Shown: positions 40,830 to 53,815 of the stretch, piece by piece
Layout of the letters: each line of letters starts with the position of its first letter
Position numbering within the stretch: position 1 is the first letter of the stretch
Origin: Balanoglossus misakiensis
Lineage: Eukaryota > Animalia > Hemichordata
Direction: 5' to 3'
Assembly (NCBI GenBank): GCA_040954595.2
Contig: CM082592.2
Span: forward strand, 7,241,677 to 7,305,676
DNA: 64,000 nt
The notes under the pieces: generated by a model
Database searches by the model: none
What the model saw: only the letters and a program-made list of their open reading frames with translations
Told to the model about the DNA's origin: nothing
Program-made: the position numbers and the translations under genes

Positions 40830-43439
40830 GTAGGGATTCTTTCCTTCCTTACTTGTGTTTCTTGGTCTACGCTATGCAACGCTCTGCCCTCGACGATCGA
40901 GTGTACCAACCATGCCAATACACAACTGACTGTTTTGTTGTCCCGTGATTTTAGCGTCGTCTTTGCGCTGTTATTAACTTGGAAAATAACTTTATCAGAG
41001 TACGATATGTATACAGCTATGCCGTGAAAGCATTCCCGCGAGCCAGAGTCATCTCCCTTCGCTCCACGGCAATACAGAAACTGTTGTCGTTAAGAGGTCG
41101 TGGTTTACGACATATGATGTTTTTTTCTGTGTTTTTTTTCTGTACAATCACGCCATTTGAAGCTTTGAATTATGAATGTCTGATATAATATTTAACGAGG
41201 ACAAAGTTGCTGCAAAAATTACGAGTGGAGACTTTAAGACGCCACGGTCCACTGTGTCTCGTTTTGCCGTCGCTTCTCTACAACACATATCTTGTCGTCT
41301 TGCTCACGACGATCCAAGTATGCGCTTGTTGTAAGATATTGTAGGTCAACGTAACAGAGACATCCTGTGTTTAAATTCTCAAGGCACGTGAACGATGGTA
41401 CAATGCGATGAAATTATCTTGTTTTTCTATTTGGCTATATAAATTATTCAAGAAAGGTTGCCATCCACGGTGATCAGCCCCGGCAGATAACGCCGGCACG
41501 ATTCACTGATTTTTTCCGGTAATGACGGTCATACTGTCTTAATTCGTCGCCATCTTCACAAGACTTAGTCCGCTCACTAGATTGCAAATAGGAATATCGA
41601 TCTCTATTTCCGGGCCTTTACGACCCCGCGTGGATTTTGCTGTGTGCTATTATTACTATCTCTCGAAGATCTTCATTGGTTGACAGCACTCGAATTTCAA
41701 GTTCAATTTCCTAGACCTGCGAGTCATTGTGGGAGGTTCAGTTTTCATAATTGAAAAGTCTTGGTCTCGGCCCTCCCACTCACAATAACCGAATGCTCCC
41801 TAATATTTGACGTCTTCATCTCGTATACGTTAATGGAACATTATGACTCTGTGTCAATAATACAGCTTTCATAAAACGAAACGCAAACATCAGATAGCGA
41901 TTATTCTAAAATTATAAAAGAATCTCGTCTGTGTCAATACAACGTGTACGTTCGATAAATGAAATGTATGTGACAGATCAATACTTTTGTACAAAGCGAC
42001 TGTATTAAGATTTTTTTTAAATCAGACAAAATATCTGCTAAGTTTTGCTATACGTTGAATGTATACTAAGTACATTTTTGAGATAGAAAACGTGGGCAGG
42101 GAATTCCTTTCAACTCGAACGAACCGATTTGCTCGTCACGCACGATGCACCCGCTGAACAAACATGTTGGACTTATAAGATCTTGTGCAAATGCACAGGG
42201 GCTTTAATGTTTAAATTTCATAATTTACATGTGTACATTCTTCCTCTAGACATATATTGGCAGAGCAAAGTCATATACGAAGATAAACCAACGTTTTCAC
42301 CGAGAAAATGTAACGTTTTATAATAATTTTTGACCAGCTCAAATTGAAAAAAAAGAGGAAAATTCACCCACTTTTCTAATTATCCGGGTCACTTCCAAGC
42401 AAATTAGCCGCATCTTCAATTATCGGGATAAATACTCAAAAGTAATCTAATATTACATCTGATGTATTGGCGTTTAGGGACTCCATGTTATCCTGCAATT
42501 AGTCGGTTTAATTTGCATTTCGCCAAATGGTGTTCCGGCTGGATTATTTTGCCTACTCAGACAACTTTATGTTTTGCATTTCTGACATGAAATGGATTCT
42601 GTGGGGATGAAATGTGTTTATCGCAGTGCATTAATTAGTTTTAGATTTACTTCATGCTATTTTCCTGTGCTTCCGCCGATTCAAAATGGCGGCGTTTGAG
42701 TACTAAATGGCTCTGATGAAGTAGTGATGAATATTATGGCGCCCCCAGCGACGTACGCCAAAGTTTACCCCCCCCCCCTCTCCCACCGCATCCTATTGAA
42801 ATCACCAATTAAGATTAGGAGGTAAGACACTTGGATACATTGCGGGGGACCCGAAACTGGAAAATTTGCAGGTACTTTGATCATTTTGGCCTTGTCTCGC
42901 CTTATGTAGTGTGCATGGATAGGTATACTTCGAAAAGCTCAGTTAGGGTAAAGACTTTGGATTTGTGCCAATTTTTTTGACATACTGGTTCAACATTTTA
43001 GCAAATTTAGAAAACTGACCCGATTGATGAGGTTCAGTTACGTACAGAATTTGTTTCAATGTTCACAAGGTGATCTTTCACCCATTTTGAATTTCCTGAG
43101 CCTCGGTAGACGGCAAAGACCAAGATCTCAGTTGCTATGAATTAGTTTGCCAAAATTGTGATGACTTCGGACCAACTCTTTGCATATGTCAGTATCTATA
43201 ATGGTTGCAAACCTGACACTTTTCGAGGTTCAATGGGACAGCCGAGTCTGTTACTGTTGACCTTTGACCTTACCTGTTTCAATTTTCTCAACATCAAGGC
43301 AGTGTTGGGGTAATAAAATGATACAGACACAAGTATTTCATTTTAATCCATTTCATTGATATATTTTTTATTTCAAAGTTTTGAAATCACAAACAAAAGA
43401 GGATACATGTATACAGTATTATCTGTATACTTACAATAT

Positions 43440-46120
43440 GAAAACTTAGCAAGTTTATTACTTCTGTGATGGATACAAATTTACCAATGGGCGGCATAAT
43501 AAAATGTGGAAAATGCACACTTCGTCCTCAGCTTGGTTGCCGGATACGCATCTGGTCTTTGCATCTGCAAAACAAGCAATGTAGAAATGAATGTCTATAA
43601 TATCACCACTGTACGCCAATTGTTATGCAAATCTGTATGGCTGCCTGGAATTTCACTCTCTATTTGGCAACTTGATTAAATTTTACTGCCCATATAAGCT
43701 TATAATTGTACTAAGTTAGACAACTCCTGGATATTGTGAACAAACACACCCCCTAACATGTATTGTCTCCGTCATTGCATTCTTACCTTCCCACAACCAT
43801 GCAGTCACTCTGGACATCAATCACACGGGCTGGCAATCATCTTAGCATCATCTGTGGGATCCCTGGAATAAATGAAAAGTATGTAAATGGAATGTCTCCT
43901 ACAAAGATATGGCGAACATATTTGTGGCATAACAAAATGGCCACCTCTTGCACCTAGAAGTCACGTCGGTTTATAAACATTGAATTGACATCCACATATA
44001 GTACCGGGTCCATATTGTTACATGCAGGTTTCTGTAAAATCAGTTTGCTTGACTGGGTAACGGTACCAGTCTGAATCGAAAAAATATTCAAAATGGCCAC
44101 CATGAAAAGAGGGGCTCAGATGTCTATATCGCTTGTCAAACCTTGTTTGAAACCTTTGGTCTTCGTTCAGCCATAGAACATACTGCCTTTAACTAGTCAC
44201 TTAGGCCCCAGCTTGGTTGATGAATACCACCATCAGTTGATCTCGTCACCGGATCTGCAAATCAAGCAAATGAAAGTGAATGACTAATATTCATGATCGT
44301 TCTTCCATGGAACATACCTGCCTTTACCTCACCCAGCTATACCACTGCATGGCGAAAATAACTAGTCATTTAAGCCCCAAGCATGGTTGATGAATACCAC
44401 CATCAGTTGATCTCGTCTTTGGATCTGCAAAACAAGCAAATGAAAGTGAATGTCTATAATAGGAAAACGTCAAAAGACTACAAATCTGAAAAATAAAATT
44501 CGCGAAGATGATGGGTGCAAAGTAAACCACTCGGGTTATACCAGTATGTTTCGATAAAGTTTTATTGATGGAAGTTGTGGTAAATTGGAAAAGATTACAA
44601 ATCTCAAAAAAAACCTGAAAAGTAAATAACTCATTTTACCATAAAAACAGACTAACAGACATACACAGTAATTTTTATTGAAGTATGACGAAAGATTACA
44701 AATCTCAAAAAACTTGCATTAACTATATACACACGCATGAAGATGATCGGTACGGAAATAAACCACTCAGTTTTGTCAAGACGTGTACGTTTTTAATATT
44801 TTTTTTATTGAATAATGACGAAAGATCACAAATCTCAAAAAAACTTATATTAACTATATACGCACGCGCGAAGATGATCGGTACGGAAATAAACCACTCC
44901 CAGTATTATGAGTGCGAGTATGTTTTTAATATTTTATTGAATAATGACGAAAGATCACAAATCTAAAAAAAAAACTTATATTAACTATATACGCACGCGC
45001 GAAGATGATCGGTACGGAAATAAACCACTCCCAGTATTATGAGTGCGTGTATGTTTTTAATATTTTTTATTGAATAATGATGAAAGATAACATATCTGAA
45101 AAAACGCGTATTAATTATATTAAACCAACAGTCTAAGGGATGGGACCCACCCGCACCGGGGATTTTATTTATGTCTATATAACTTACTTGTTACGAAACT
45201 TCATCCACTGGTCTTCATTCAGCCATGGATCATACAAACGCTCACCTCATTGTAGTCTAGCTGCATGGCCCAAATATACCATACAACTTACCGTACACTC
45301 ATGCACACACACATTCACAACAACGAGCACCTTTCGAAGCATTCAAAGCCGATGAACTTGTTGGTGCCGTAACAAAAAATGACCCATACACCGAGCATGT
45401 AGTCATGTTGGTTCTAAAACACTGAATGGTATCCATATATAGCACTCGTATTGTTAAATCTTTCAGGTTTGTGCAAAATCGGTTCGCTGAACTGGCTACC
45501 GGCACCAGTCAGAATCGTTGAAAAATCTTAAAAATTGCCACAAAAATTTGGCTGATACCGCTTACTTTGACATCATGCTTGTAACATCATAGCATCCACG
45601 TGGAACGTACAGAATCAGTTCATCTGGGTTTTCGGTCTGCAAAAAAAATAAGGAAACAAATTGAGTGCCTATCCATGAACGCGAAATCAAATATCAACCG
45701 TGATCACCGTTTTTGTTTCATTTGCATATTGTACATCATTCGAAAACACGCTGACCACACGTGAGCCCGCTACCAATTCATCGAACCCGCTACCAATTAA
45801 TCGATACCCCCTCCAGAGAAACTGCATCGTGTTTTTGGATGTACAAAAAACTGCTTCCGACCAGTAGAACTATAACACTGACTAGTCTAATTTAATAAAC
45901 CGTACATCTCAAGTTCAGTAACGCGAAAGAGCGGAATTTTTGAAATAAAACTCGGGGAAGCGCCGACTCGAGCCGTGAAACTGTGACGCACGTGGTTGTC
46001 GGACAAACGTTGGTGTAAACGTCTGGCTTTTTAGTTGTCCGTAACTCGCCACAGAATAACCCATGTTTCTGGTCAAAAACTGAGTAAATGCGTCTACTTC
46101 TGTTACTTTACTTACCGCTG
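43440..46120 (-). other. Putative minus-strand spliced non-coding or pseudogenic unit with duplicated exons
   Basis: Repeated minus-strand acceptors (TTGCTTG(T/A)TTTGCAG at ~43566, ~44255, ~44425; T-rich GCAG at ~45638), GTAAG donors (~46115, ~45565, ~45291, ~43786) and AATAAA at 43454-43459; no continuous ORF found. Confidence 0.3.
44465..45125. repeat. ~130-bp tandem repeat (units start 44681, 44811, 44940, 45073; degenerate copies upstream)
   Basis: Unit AATAATGACGAAAGATCACAAATCT(C)AAAAAAACTTATATTAACTATATACGCACGCGCGAAGATGATCGGTACGGAAATAAACCACTC... repeated head-to-tail. Confidence 0.9.
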
Positions 46121-46264
46121 TCGTCGTGAAAACTATCCAGCGGAGAAACCCTGTTTCGGGACAGAGTTTTCCGCATCCTCTCCGCAACACGTCCTACATG
46201 CAGCAGCGTGGTCGTCACTTATGAGAATGCACTGAAGGCTAGACGGAAATTTCTCCAAGTGGAG

Positions 46265-48707
46265 ATGGCACAGGTGGCTCCAACCAATCAGCAGCGAGAG
46301 CTTTGTTCTTGCGCGTCTCAAGTCGAGATAGGCGACTCGCATAAAATAGTGCTGAAAACACTTTCAAATATCGGTATTTTGGACTCTTTTTGCCAGGTGG
46401 AAAGACCAGACCATGTATTTCAACTATCGGAAACGGAGAAAAAAGACAAGCTGTTCCGATTAAGGTACAACGCCAAAGATGACAAATATTATCGGTATTG
46501 TGAAGACAAGGAGGAGATAAAAGGATGGCGGAATGGTATATATACTATGGTGAATGTGAGAAGGTTCAAAAAGGAGCAAAACGGCTGCGAGTTGGTAGGT
46601 ATTCTCGCGAGAGATCTCTGAAACTGTTGCCGTAAAGAGGTCGTAGTTTGCGACGATGCACACACATGGCATCAGCGCTACGCTCTAACAAAGATACACA
46701 CGGTAACCGTTTTTACGCAAATCGTCACATTCACAGACAAGGAAATGTCGCTTTCGTTTGGATCCTTACATCATGTAGTCCCAATCTACACTAAACGTAT
46801 TCGATTACCTAAATCGGTTCTCTTCTTTTACACATCCGTAGTTTCATTTGTCGTGATGCGTTTAATAAAGCAATCATTTATAAAGTTGAGCATCATCGGT
46901 AACACTGCGTCACGGCTATATTTATAGTACAGTCGTGAAACTTAATTGACATTAGAGTGACACGAATCGACCCGTTTTCTCCGTAAAAAGTAATAGAGCA
47001 TTCGTCCCCATGATTGGCTGCCAAGTGTAGGGGCCTACATACATGTATTGGGCATTGTGTCGAATGCAAATTTGGCTTTTGAAGTGCTGACCGAATTCGC
47101 CCTTTCTAACCCAATCAGGTCTACTTAACGCGGAAGCCGGGCTACGCGACAGCCTCTGTGAGTTGGAAGTTGGATTTCAGAAACAGTGATCTGGTCGTTG
47201 ACACCATCCAGGCCATCACGTACAGCAGAACGGAGACGGGAGGGCAGATCACCTACGATATGGCCACAGAGGATCCCATTGGTGAGTGGTAGTTAAACTC
47301 CCAATCTGATTAAAATCAGATGTAGGGAACGGCGACGTGGTTTTTTTATGCTGTCGCCTCACACTACTGCGACAGCATAAAAAAAACCACGTCGCCGTTC
47401 CCTACATCTGATTTTAATCAGATTGTTAAACTCCCATCCTGTGTCCGTTCACCAACACAATGGCAACTTCGGGGCGCCATCATTGCAGATTGAGGAAAGA
47501 TGCTTTTGGGAGAATTTGTTCAACATTCAACTTAAAAATCGAACTTTATCTCGGCAGACAATGGGGCTTTGCTGAACGGTTGGCAGACTATCGTCATCAT
47601 CGCCTACTTGGACGGCGGCATCGCTCCGTGCGAACACTCCCAGACTCAGCTGCTGTATCAGAACGCCACCAAGGAACCGGAGTTCTGTCCACTGGATATC
47701 ACCATCACGCTGAAGGTACAGTTAACAAAAATTGGCAGCCTCCATGGCTATTTCATCATTTCTTTTTCTGTTTCTTATTAAAACTACTGTCTTTTTTTTT
47801 TACAAAAAGCCACTGGAAAAGCTCTTCTGTACGTGTATTGCGAAAGGTGGATTGCTCAAGTCGAAGAGCGACAAGGTGGACAAGCACAGACCTTCCTCGT
47901 CGATCGACGTCGAAGCAAGCGGCGAACCGGTGTGCAGTTGCGATGAGTGTACCTGCAAACGCTACAATCGGAAACACGCGTCCGTTGCCGGCGACGGGAT
48001 GGTCACGGTCCCGGAGGGCGACATGAAGATCGTGAAATTGTCCAAGGGGAAAGAGGCCAAGAGAAAAGCCAGGAAACCTCCAGAGAAAGTCAAGAGCGGG
48101 GGAAAGAAAACCAAGCACAGCCACCGCAAGGAAATCATTCTGCAAGTTCCCGCCGGCGCGAAAGCGGCACCCGTTCCGGATTTCTTCGTTGTCGGTGAGC
48201 TTCCGGCGCACAACGGTACTTCTTCGGTGAGTGTGGGCTCCGACGCCTGTGATCTGGCGAAGGCGTTCGGGAGTAGGACTAGCGTGCAGGCATCCACCTC
48301 GAAGGACGCCACGACTAATATGCACAGGCAGAGTTTACATTTGAATATACTGACCAGGAAGACTTCTCAGGGAAAAACCAAAGAGGCGTGGGGAGAAAGG
48401 GCAGACGAAAAACAGGTGAGAGAGAGAGGGGGTGAAGGAGGGAAGGAAGGAAAGAAGGAATGAGTGTTAGAATGTAGACACGAAGAACAGCAACGAATAT
48501 TTAATTGAAAAAAAAATATAAGAAAAGATGAAACGCATGAAAGTCTGACGAATTTTCAAATTACACGTTTCGACCGACTTTCCCTGACAATGTTACACGT
48601 CATGTTTTTTTTTCTCATTTCAGATTGGCCCAAACGAGCAAACAGACAATGACGATACCACGCCACTGACCCCATCTAGAGAGGACAAAAAGTGTACCAT
48701 ACTATGA
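46265..48707 (+). CDS. Stand-alone PAW-domain (NGLY1/PNGase C-terminal mannose-binding module) protein with C-terminal CaaX (exons 46265-46273?, 46397-46594, 47119-47281, 47558-47715, 47810-48415, 48624-48707)
   Basis: Spliced frame VERPDHVFQLSETEKKDKLFRLRYNAKDDKYYR..IKGWRNGIY..VYLTRKPGYATASVSWKLDF..LVVDTI..QTQLLYQ..PLDITITLK parallels the NGLY1 PAW domain as I recall it (LHLCYN..DRYVR..ISGWENG..VYLARKEG..ISWKF..HTQLFRQ..LEIIIKF); ends REDKKCTIL*. Start codon uncertain. Confidence 0.8.
47302..47425. mobile_element. Near-perfect palindromic MITE with 9-bp target-site duplication (Mutator-like), in a PAW-gene intron
   Basis: 56/57-bp arms (CAATCTGATTAAAATCAGATGTAGGGAACGGCGACGTGG(T)7-8ATGCTGTCGC) around an 11-nt loop; TTAAACTCC on both sides (47293-47301, 47426-47434). 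Confidence 0.85.
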
Positions 48708-51056
48708 AGAAAATATCTTCTGATGACCTGAATTCGCGCTGCTTTCATCTTTGTGTGAAACAGAAACCTCTTGCCGTTTGCGGCTAAATTTATGAATCCG
48801 TCCATATCTTTTGGTGAGAGGAATGATGCATGATGGGACATCTGATAGCAAGATGCGCGAAATATCGCCCTCTGCGATATTTCCTCACAGTTCCATCGCT
48901 CACCGAGTGTGACTCTGCTATGTGTATGGGGGCAACATGGTGAATGTCGTCAAAGTTGACGGTTTCCACGTGTGAGGGCGCACTGAGCGCCATTTTGTTC
49001 CCCAGGAAGGAGGCAACGATTTATATGCATTTTCTTAAATCACCATACTTTTGACTGACATATCAAGACGAAGTCATTTCACACTCTCTGCAATAATATA
49101 CGTAATACTAAATAATTCTTAAGATAACAGCACCAAGCGGTGTCTGAACTTGACCTACGAGCAATAATCCGAATTCGCTCTAGGGTCTCTCTTCTATACA
49201 ATGTCTTAACCATTTTTTACGTTTATTGAAAGATTTCTGCAGTTAAACTGATCAATATCCGAAGAAGGTGACTTAAAGTTTGTCCGCGGATGAGAATATT
49301 GTCTCTAGTGTAAATAGGCAGTGCGCTGGCCTTCAGATAAAACAATAAGAAACCTTCACATTTACAAGTCAGACAATTTACGAATTTACTCGTCGATCTT
49401 CAGTGGTCTTTGAAATAATATTGTACTCCACTCTATCCTAATATGCAAATTCTCACTGTACATATTTCACCTTTTACTTCCACTGTTCTATGCATTGTTA
49501 TTTATACACTTCTTTTCACAGTACTTCTATTTATACATATTGTTCTACTACTTCCCGATGATATATGCGGATGGCAGTTTTGTAGGCTTGGTTGATGTAG
49601 GGAGAGGTATCAATTTGAAGTCAGTTGGAGAGATAGGATCAACCTACTTTCAACAACGCACAGACAAACCAGTGGTGACTGCTTAGTCTGGTCCCCTGCC
49701 CCATTCCCACCGCTGGCTGCGCTACGCTAGGTGTGTCTTTGGTCGGACAGAAATCTTTTTCCGTCAACCACAACCAAAGTTGTTGACTAAGAAATCGACA
49801 AAATGTCTATATAACTGAATGTATTGGTTGTAAACAGGACACGAAGTAGTGATTACATAAGGAACCTTGAAGTTACATCACGGCGCACAAGCAATGCGAC
49901 AAAAGAAAGTATGTGAAACATTCGTATTATCGTGAAGAGAAAAAAAGACCCTTTGTTTAAATCATACAGCCGCTGTGTGAAACAGTTTACAATGTTACAA
50001 GCAATGCAAACAAATTGAGGCAATTATTTCGATCTGCTTTTGAACCAGTTCAGATCATGAAATGCGGATTACGAAGAAATTCAGTCAGCATAATGAAACC
50101 ATGGGGCGGGGTACTTCAGATTGTGAATTCCTGTAGCCTATCCACGCTAAAATATGTGCTTTCTGGAACCGGTTGAAATAATTGTAGTATGAAGGTATGT
50201 CTTTAATCCGGAAGACGCCAAAAAAATAGAGATTCGCTTTTGTATGCACATGGTTCCAACATGTCATGTATCAATTATTGAAAACGCCAATAAAATTTAT
50301 TACAATTCCACTGGCAGGCTCATTGTCACTTGATAATGAAAATCTCTTGTCGGCAGTTTAATGACAGTAGGACCTATACAGATTCGTCGAAACACGTAAC
50401 AGTGTCCGGAAACTAGAACTGTAATAATTGAGTGTAGTGACGTTGGAGAACACGTCAATACCCACTTTTCAAATAAGTGACGTGGATGCGTAACTTTCAG
50501 TCGTCAGTCTTTTGTACGCCTGGGTGTTTCCGGCCAGTAGACACACTTTCTCGCAGTGATATGTAAAGTGGCTTTAAGGATAAATCGCGAGGGGGAGGGG
50601 GACAATTTGGAAACTGGTAATATCTGTATCAACAGCATTTGATCCACTGACAGGTAATAACTTTTCGTCTAAGGCCAGTGAGTGGATCATAATGCGCATG
50701 TGCATAATCAGCATCGTGATTGTTACTTGAAAGTGTTTTCAAGTTAAGGCTTGAATGCCCTTGTCAACAATAAAATGGTCGATACACAATAGATGTACGC
50801 GGCTTGTTTGCGAGCAGAAAAATGGACATGTAAAGATACCTTACGAAGGAGAAGGTTGATACACGCAACGACAACAACAACAACGTTTTTTTTAATATAG
50901 CCAGAAGTTACAGTTAACAATTGCACTGAGATTTTAAGGCGAATTTTGTAGACTACGGCTACGATTTATTCCGGCTTGTGGTAGGTGTTTCTGGTTCGGT
51001 CGATAATAAAACATGTCGCTTACTCCCTTGATCTTGTAGGGTATGTACGTAGTGGG

Positions 51057-51141
51057 CAATCTGATTAAACGCAGCGACAGTATACTAAGGATACCGTATC
51101 GCGTAAATTAAAGAGGTTATGGTATCCTACATCTGATTTTA
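51057..51141. mobile_element. Degenerate relative of the 47302 MITE
   Basis: Shares the termini CAATCTGATTAAA... and ...CCTACATCTGATTTTA. Confidence 0.5.
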
Positions 51142-53770
51142 GAGTGTGATCAAGGGGTTGTAGTGCTGGGAAACATCAAATAATATCGCGTTGAACTGTT
51201 CGGTGTGATGTTTACTACCAACAATTTCGACAAGCGTCTCGATGTTTGTACAGTACAGTACATACGGACTAGACTCGGGGCATCGCGTCCTTCCAATAAC
51301 CCGACTGCATTTTTACGAGCTAACTGCATCGCTGGCTACTGTATAGATAACGACACGGATGAAATGACAGAGGCCGTTTACTTTGCATCAACTGGGATCG
51401 GACAATGGAGTGACTTTCAAAGCAAAGAAACCGGGTCACTCAATCGTCTGTCTTGCGCTTCACAGAAGAGATAGGACGTGTGGTATTCACTGACCCGATA
51501 TCGCTGTTTTTGAACATAACAGAATGGGAACAAATGGGACAAGGTGAAATGAGTGAAGGTCAGAGTCGTTCCTTCAAACGGAAGCAGTATTGCGCGCCGG
51601 GGACAGATTTTAAGAAAAAAAGATAGTCCCCTTAACCCTCTCAATGCTTTTGCTGCATTGAAGTGATTCGCTTTTTGAAAACAAGGAAGTAAACAGGGGT
51701 GTTTACCATCTTCCCCCTAAAATCACAATTTTAATTATTCTCCATAAGCTTACGGAGAGTGGTGGCCATTTTGAATTTCAAATTTTATGACAATTTTGGT
51801 CTCCCATTCAAAATTTTGCAGCTTGACCCCTAATTTTTAATATTCAGTTTTAAGAGGAAATAATCAAAAGCTCCCCTGAGCAAAATATAAGTAGAAGTTT
51901 GAGACTTTCATCGAACGCGGTTGGAACTAAGGTCTGAGATGGTAGAGTATAAAACGACAATGACGGTGTGACCGACACATCTCATCACTTCTGATGCATT
52001 GTGGTCCGCAAAAATGCCATTACTGAGTCAGACTTACTTTGTGAACGAAATGCAGCAGAGTTGGATTTGGATTTGAATGTTTTTCTGTTTCAAAAAGTGT
52101 CAAAATGGCAAAAACACGGAAATAACCGTTCCGACATAGTGAGCATCCTGAAACGTGGAGAGTTGTAAAAAAGATACGTGATGGGACCTAAAATGTGTTG
52201 TTCGTCATCATGATTATTTACAGGTTTAGGCGTTATACCATTTACAGGTAATTTACGATTAATTGTACTTGCTACCCTAGCGCTACAATTCACTGGCATC
52301 TCGTGAATCCCGGGGAAGAGGATGGCTGCGGACAATAGTAAGACGGTCACGGTTGGTGTCGTCTATAAGCGCGATTGTGTAAAATTATCATATCTGTCAA
52401 TCCGGATAATAAATCTAAACCTGCCTAAAAGGTCGCTCAGCAAATGGTGCGGTTTCGGGTCCATCAGTTTATGAGGGTGGTGGAGAGTGCATGCTGTCGA
52501 CGTCCGCTGTAACCATAACAACATTTCTCTTTACGGGATGTGCTTGGGCGTGCGTGCACACATCATACATATACGTATATGTACGTGGGTGTGTGTGTGT
52601 GTGTACGTGAATAACTAAATGATGTATTTTTTAATGGCGGACAACTAGCAACAAACATTAGCTTCGGGCCATGTGAGAATTGAAACGATTTAACAGAATG
52701 ATGTACACATATGCCATTGTGACTACCAGACATCAATCTTTGTCCCACCAAAATTTCGAACAGTGTGACCGCGGATTTAAAATAACATTCCTGTTGTGCA
52801 GCGAAACCTGGTTTAATATATTTTTCGCAGCCCAGTGGGGCTGGAAAAAAAGCTTTGATTTTCTTGACGTTGGCATTTCTATAGAAAACAAAACAAAACA
52901 AACTTAAAGACCATTAGTCTGTGCGCGGACATGTCTATTGGAAAGGTGAAACGAAAGGCCATCTAGCCACGCATAACACAAGGCCCCTTTGACAGAACTG
53001 CGCTGGCAACGACTGCACTGGGCGGGGTCGTTTGAGTACACCAACAAAGTTGGACGACGGCAGTGGTCAGTTGACATTCGGCGAAACTACGGTCACTGAG
53101 TGTTGAAACTGGCTGCTGGATTGAGGACCATTTATTCAGGGGTGTATCATGAGACAATCTAGAGTGGCATGTGTCGGTCGATGGCAAAGCAATGTCCGCT
53201 GCTTTCCCACATGCAGACCAGTCTTCGACAGATTTTCGATGTTCTCATATACGATTAACATGTGACGATATGGTTTATCCTGCCGCAAGCGTTTAAAATA
53301 TCTTCTGTGTGTAATCATTGATTTGAACCATTTTGGTCTTTTATAAACTGTCAGGAATTTAGCGATTTTGATTTATTTAGGCATTACGAGGATTTGCGCA
53401 GATCAATTGTAACCGCAATTTGCATTGATTTCCGAAAGCTTTTACATAACCACGGTGTTGTAATGCATTAAGACAATGCAGGGGAAGCAACCTTCAGGGA
53501 TCGAAATGAAGCTTTGAATAAAGAGCGTTGATGTAATTACACGACAAATTCTGTGATGTAATTAAGAGAAACAAAAGCAGTGAATAATTTGGTTATCGCG
53601 GTTGTATGGAGTAGCAGAGACCACATAATGCTTTACACCGTGTCTTTCGGGCGGAGGGGGGGGGGCTCAATTTGAATTCTAAGTCGGCGCAGGTGAGACG
53701 ACCAGGTGAGACGAGTCCCAAACAGAACATGGCGCGTTTGAAGTCATACATTTAGGGGGGACACATTCAA

Positions 53771-53815
53771 AGACAGACAGACAGACGGACAGATAGACAG
53801 ACAGACAGACAGACA
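53771..53815. repeat. (GACA)n microsatellite
   Basis: Imperfect GACA/GATA run. Confidence 0.85.

Noticed and set aside
44681-45125. CRISPR-like array
   Set aside because: Units are ~130-bp head-to-tail copies with no unique spacers; there are no cas genes and the context is eukaryotic.
33420-48707. A full-length NGLY1 gene
   Set aside because: I could not find exons for the PUB domain, the Zn-binding CxxC pairs or the transglutaminase core (GRCGEW, DHVW motifs) upstream of the PAW exons.
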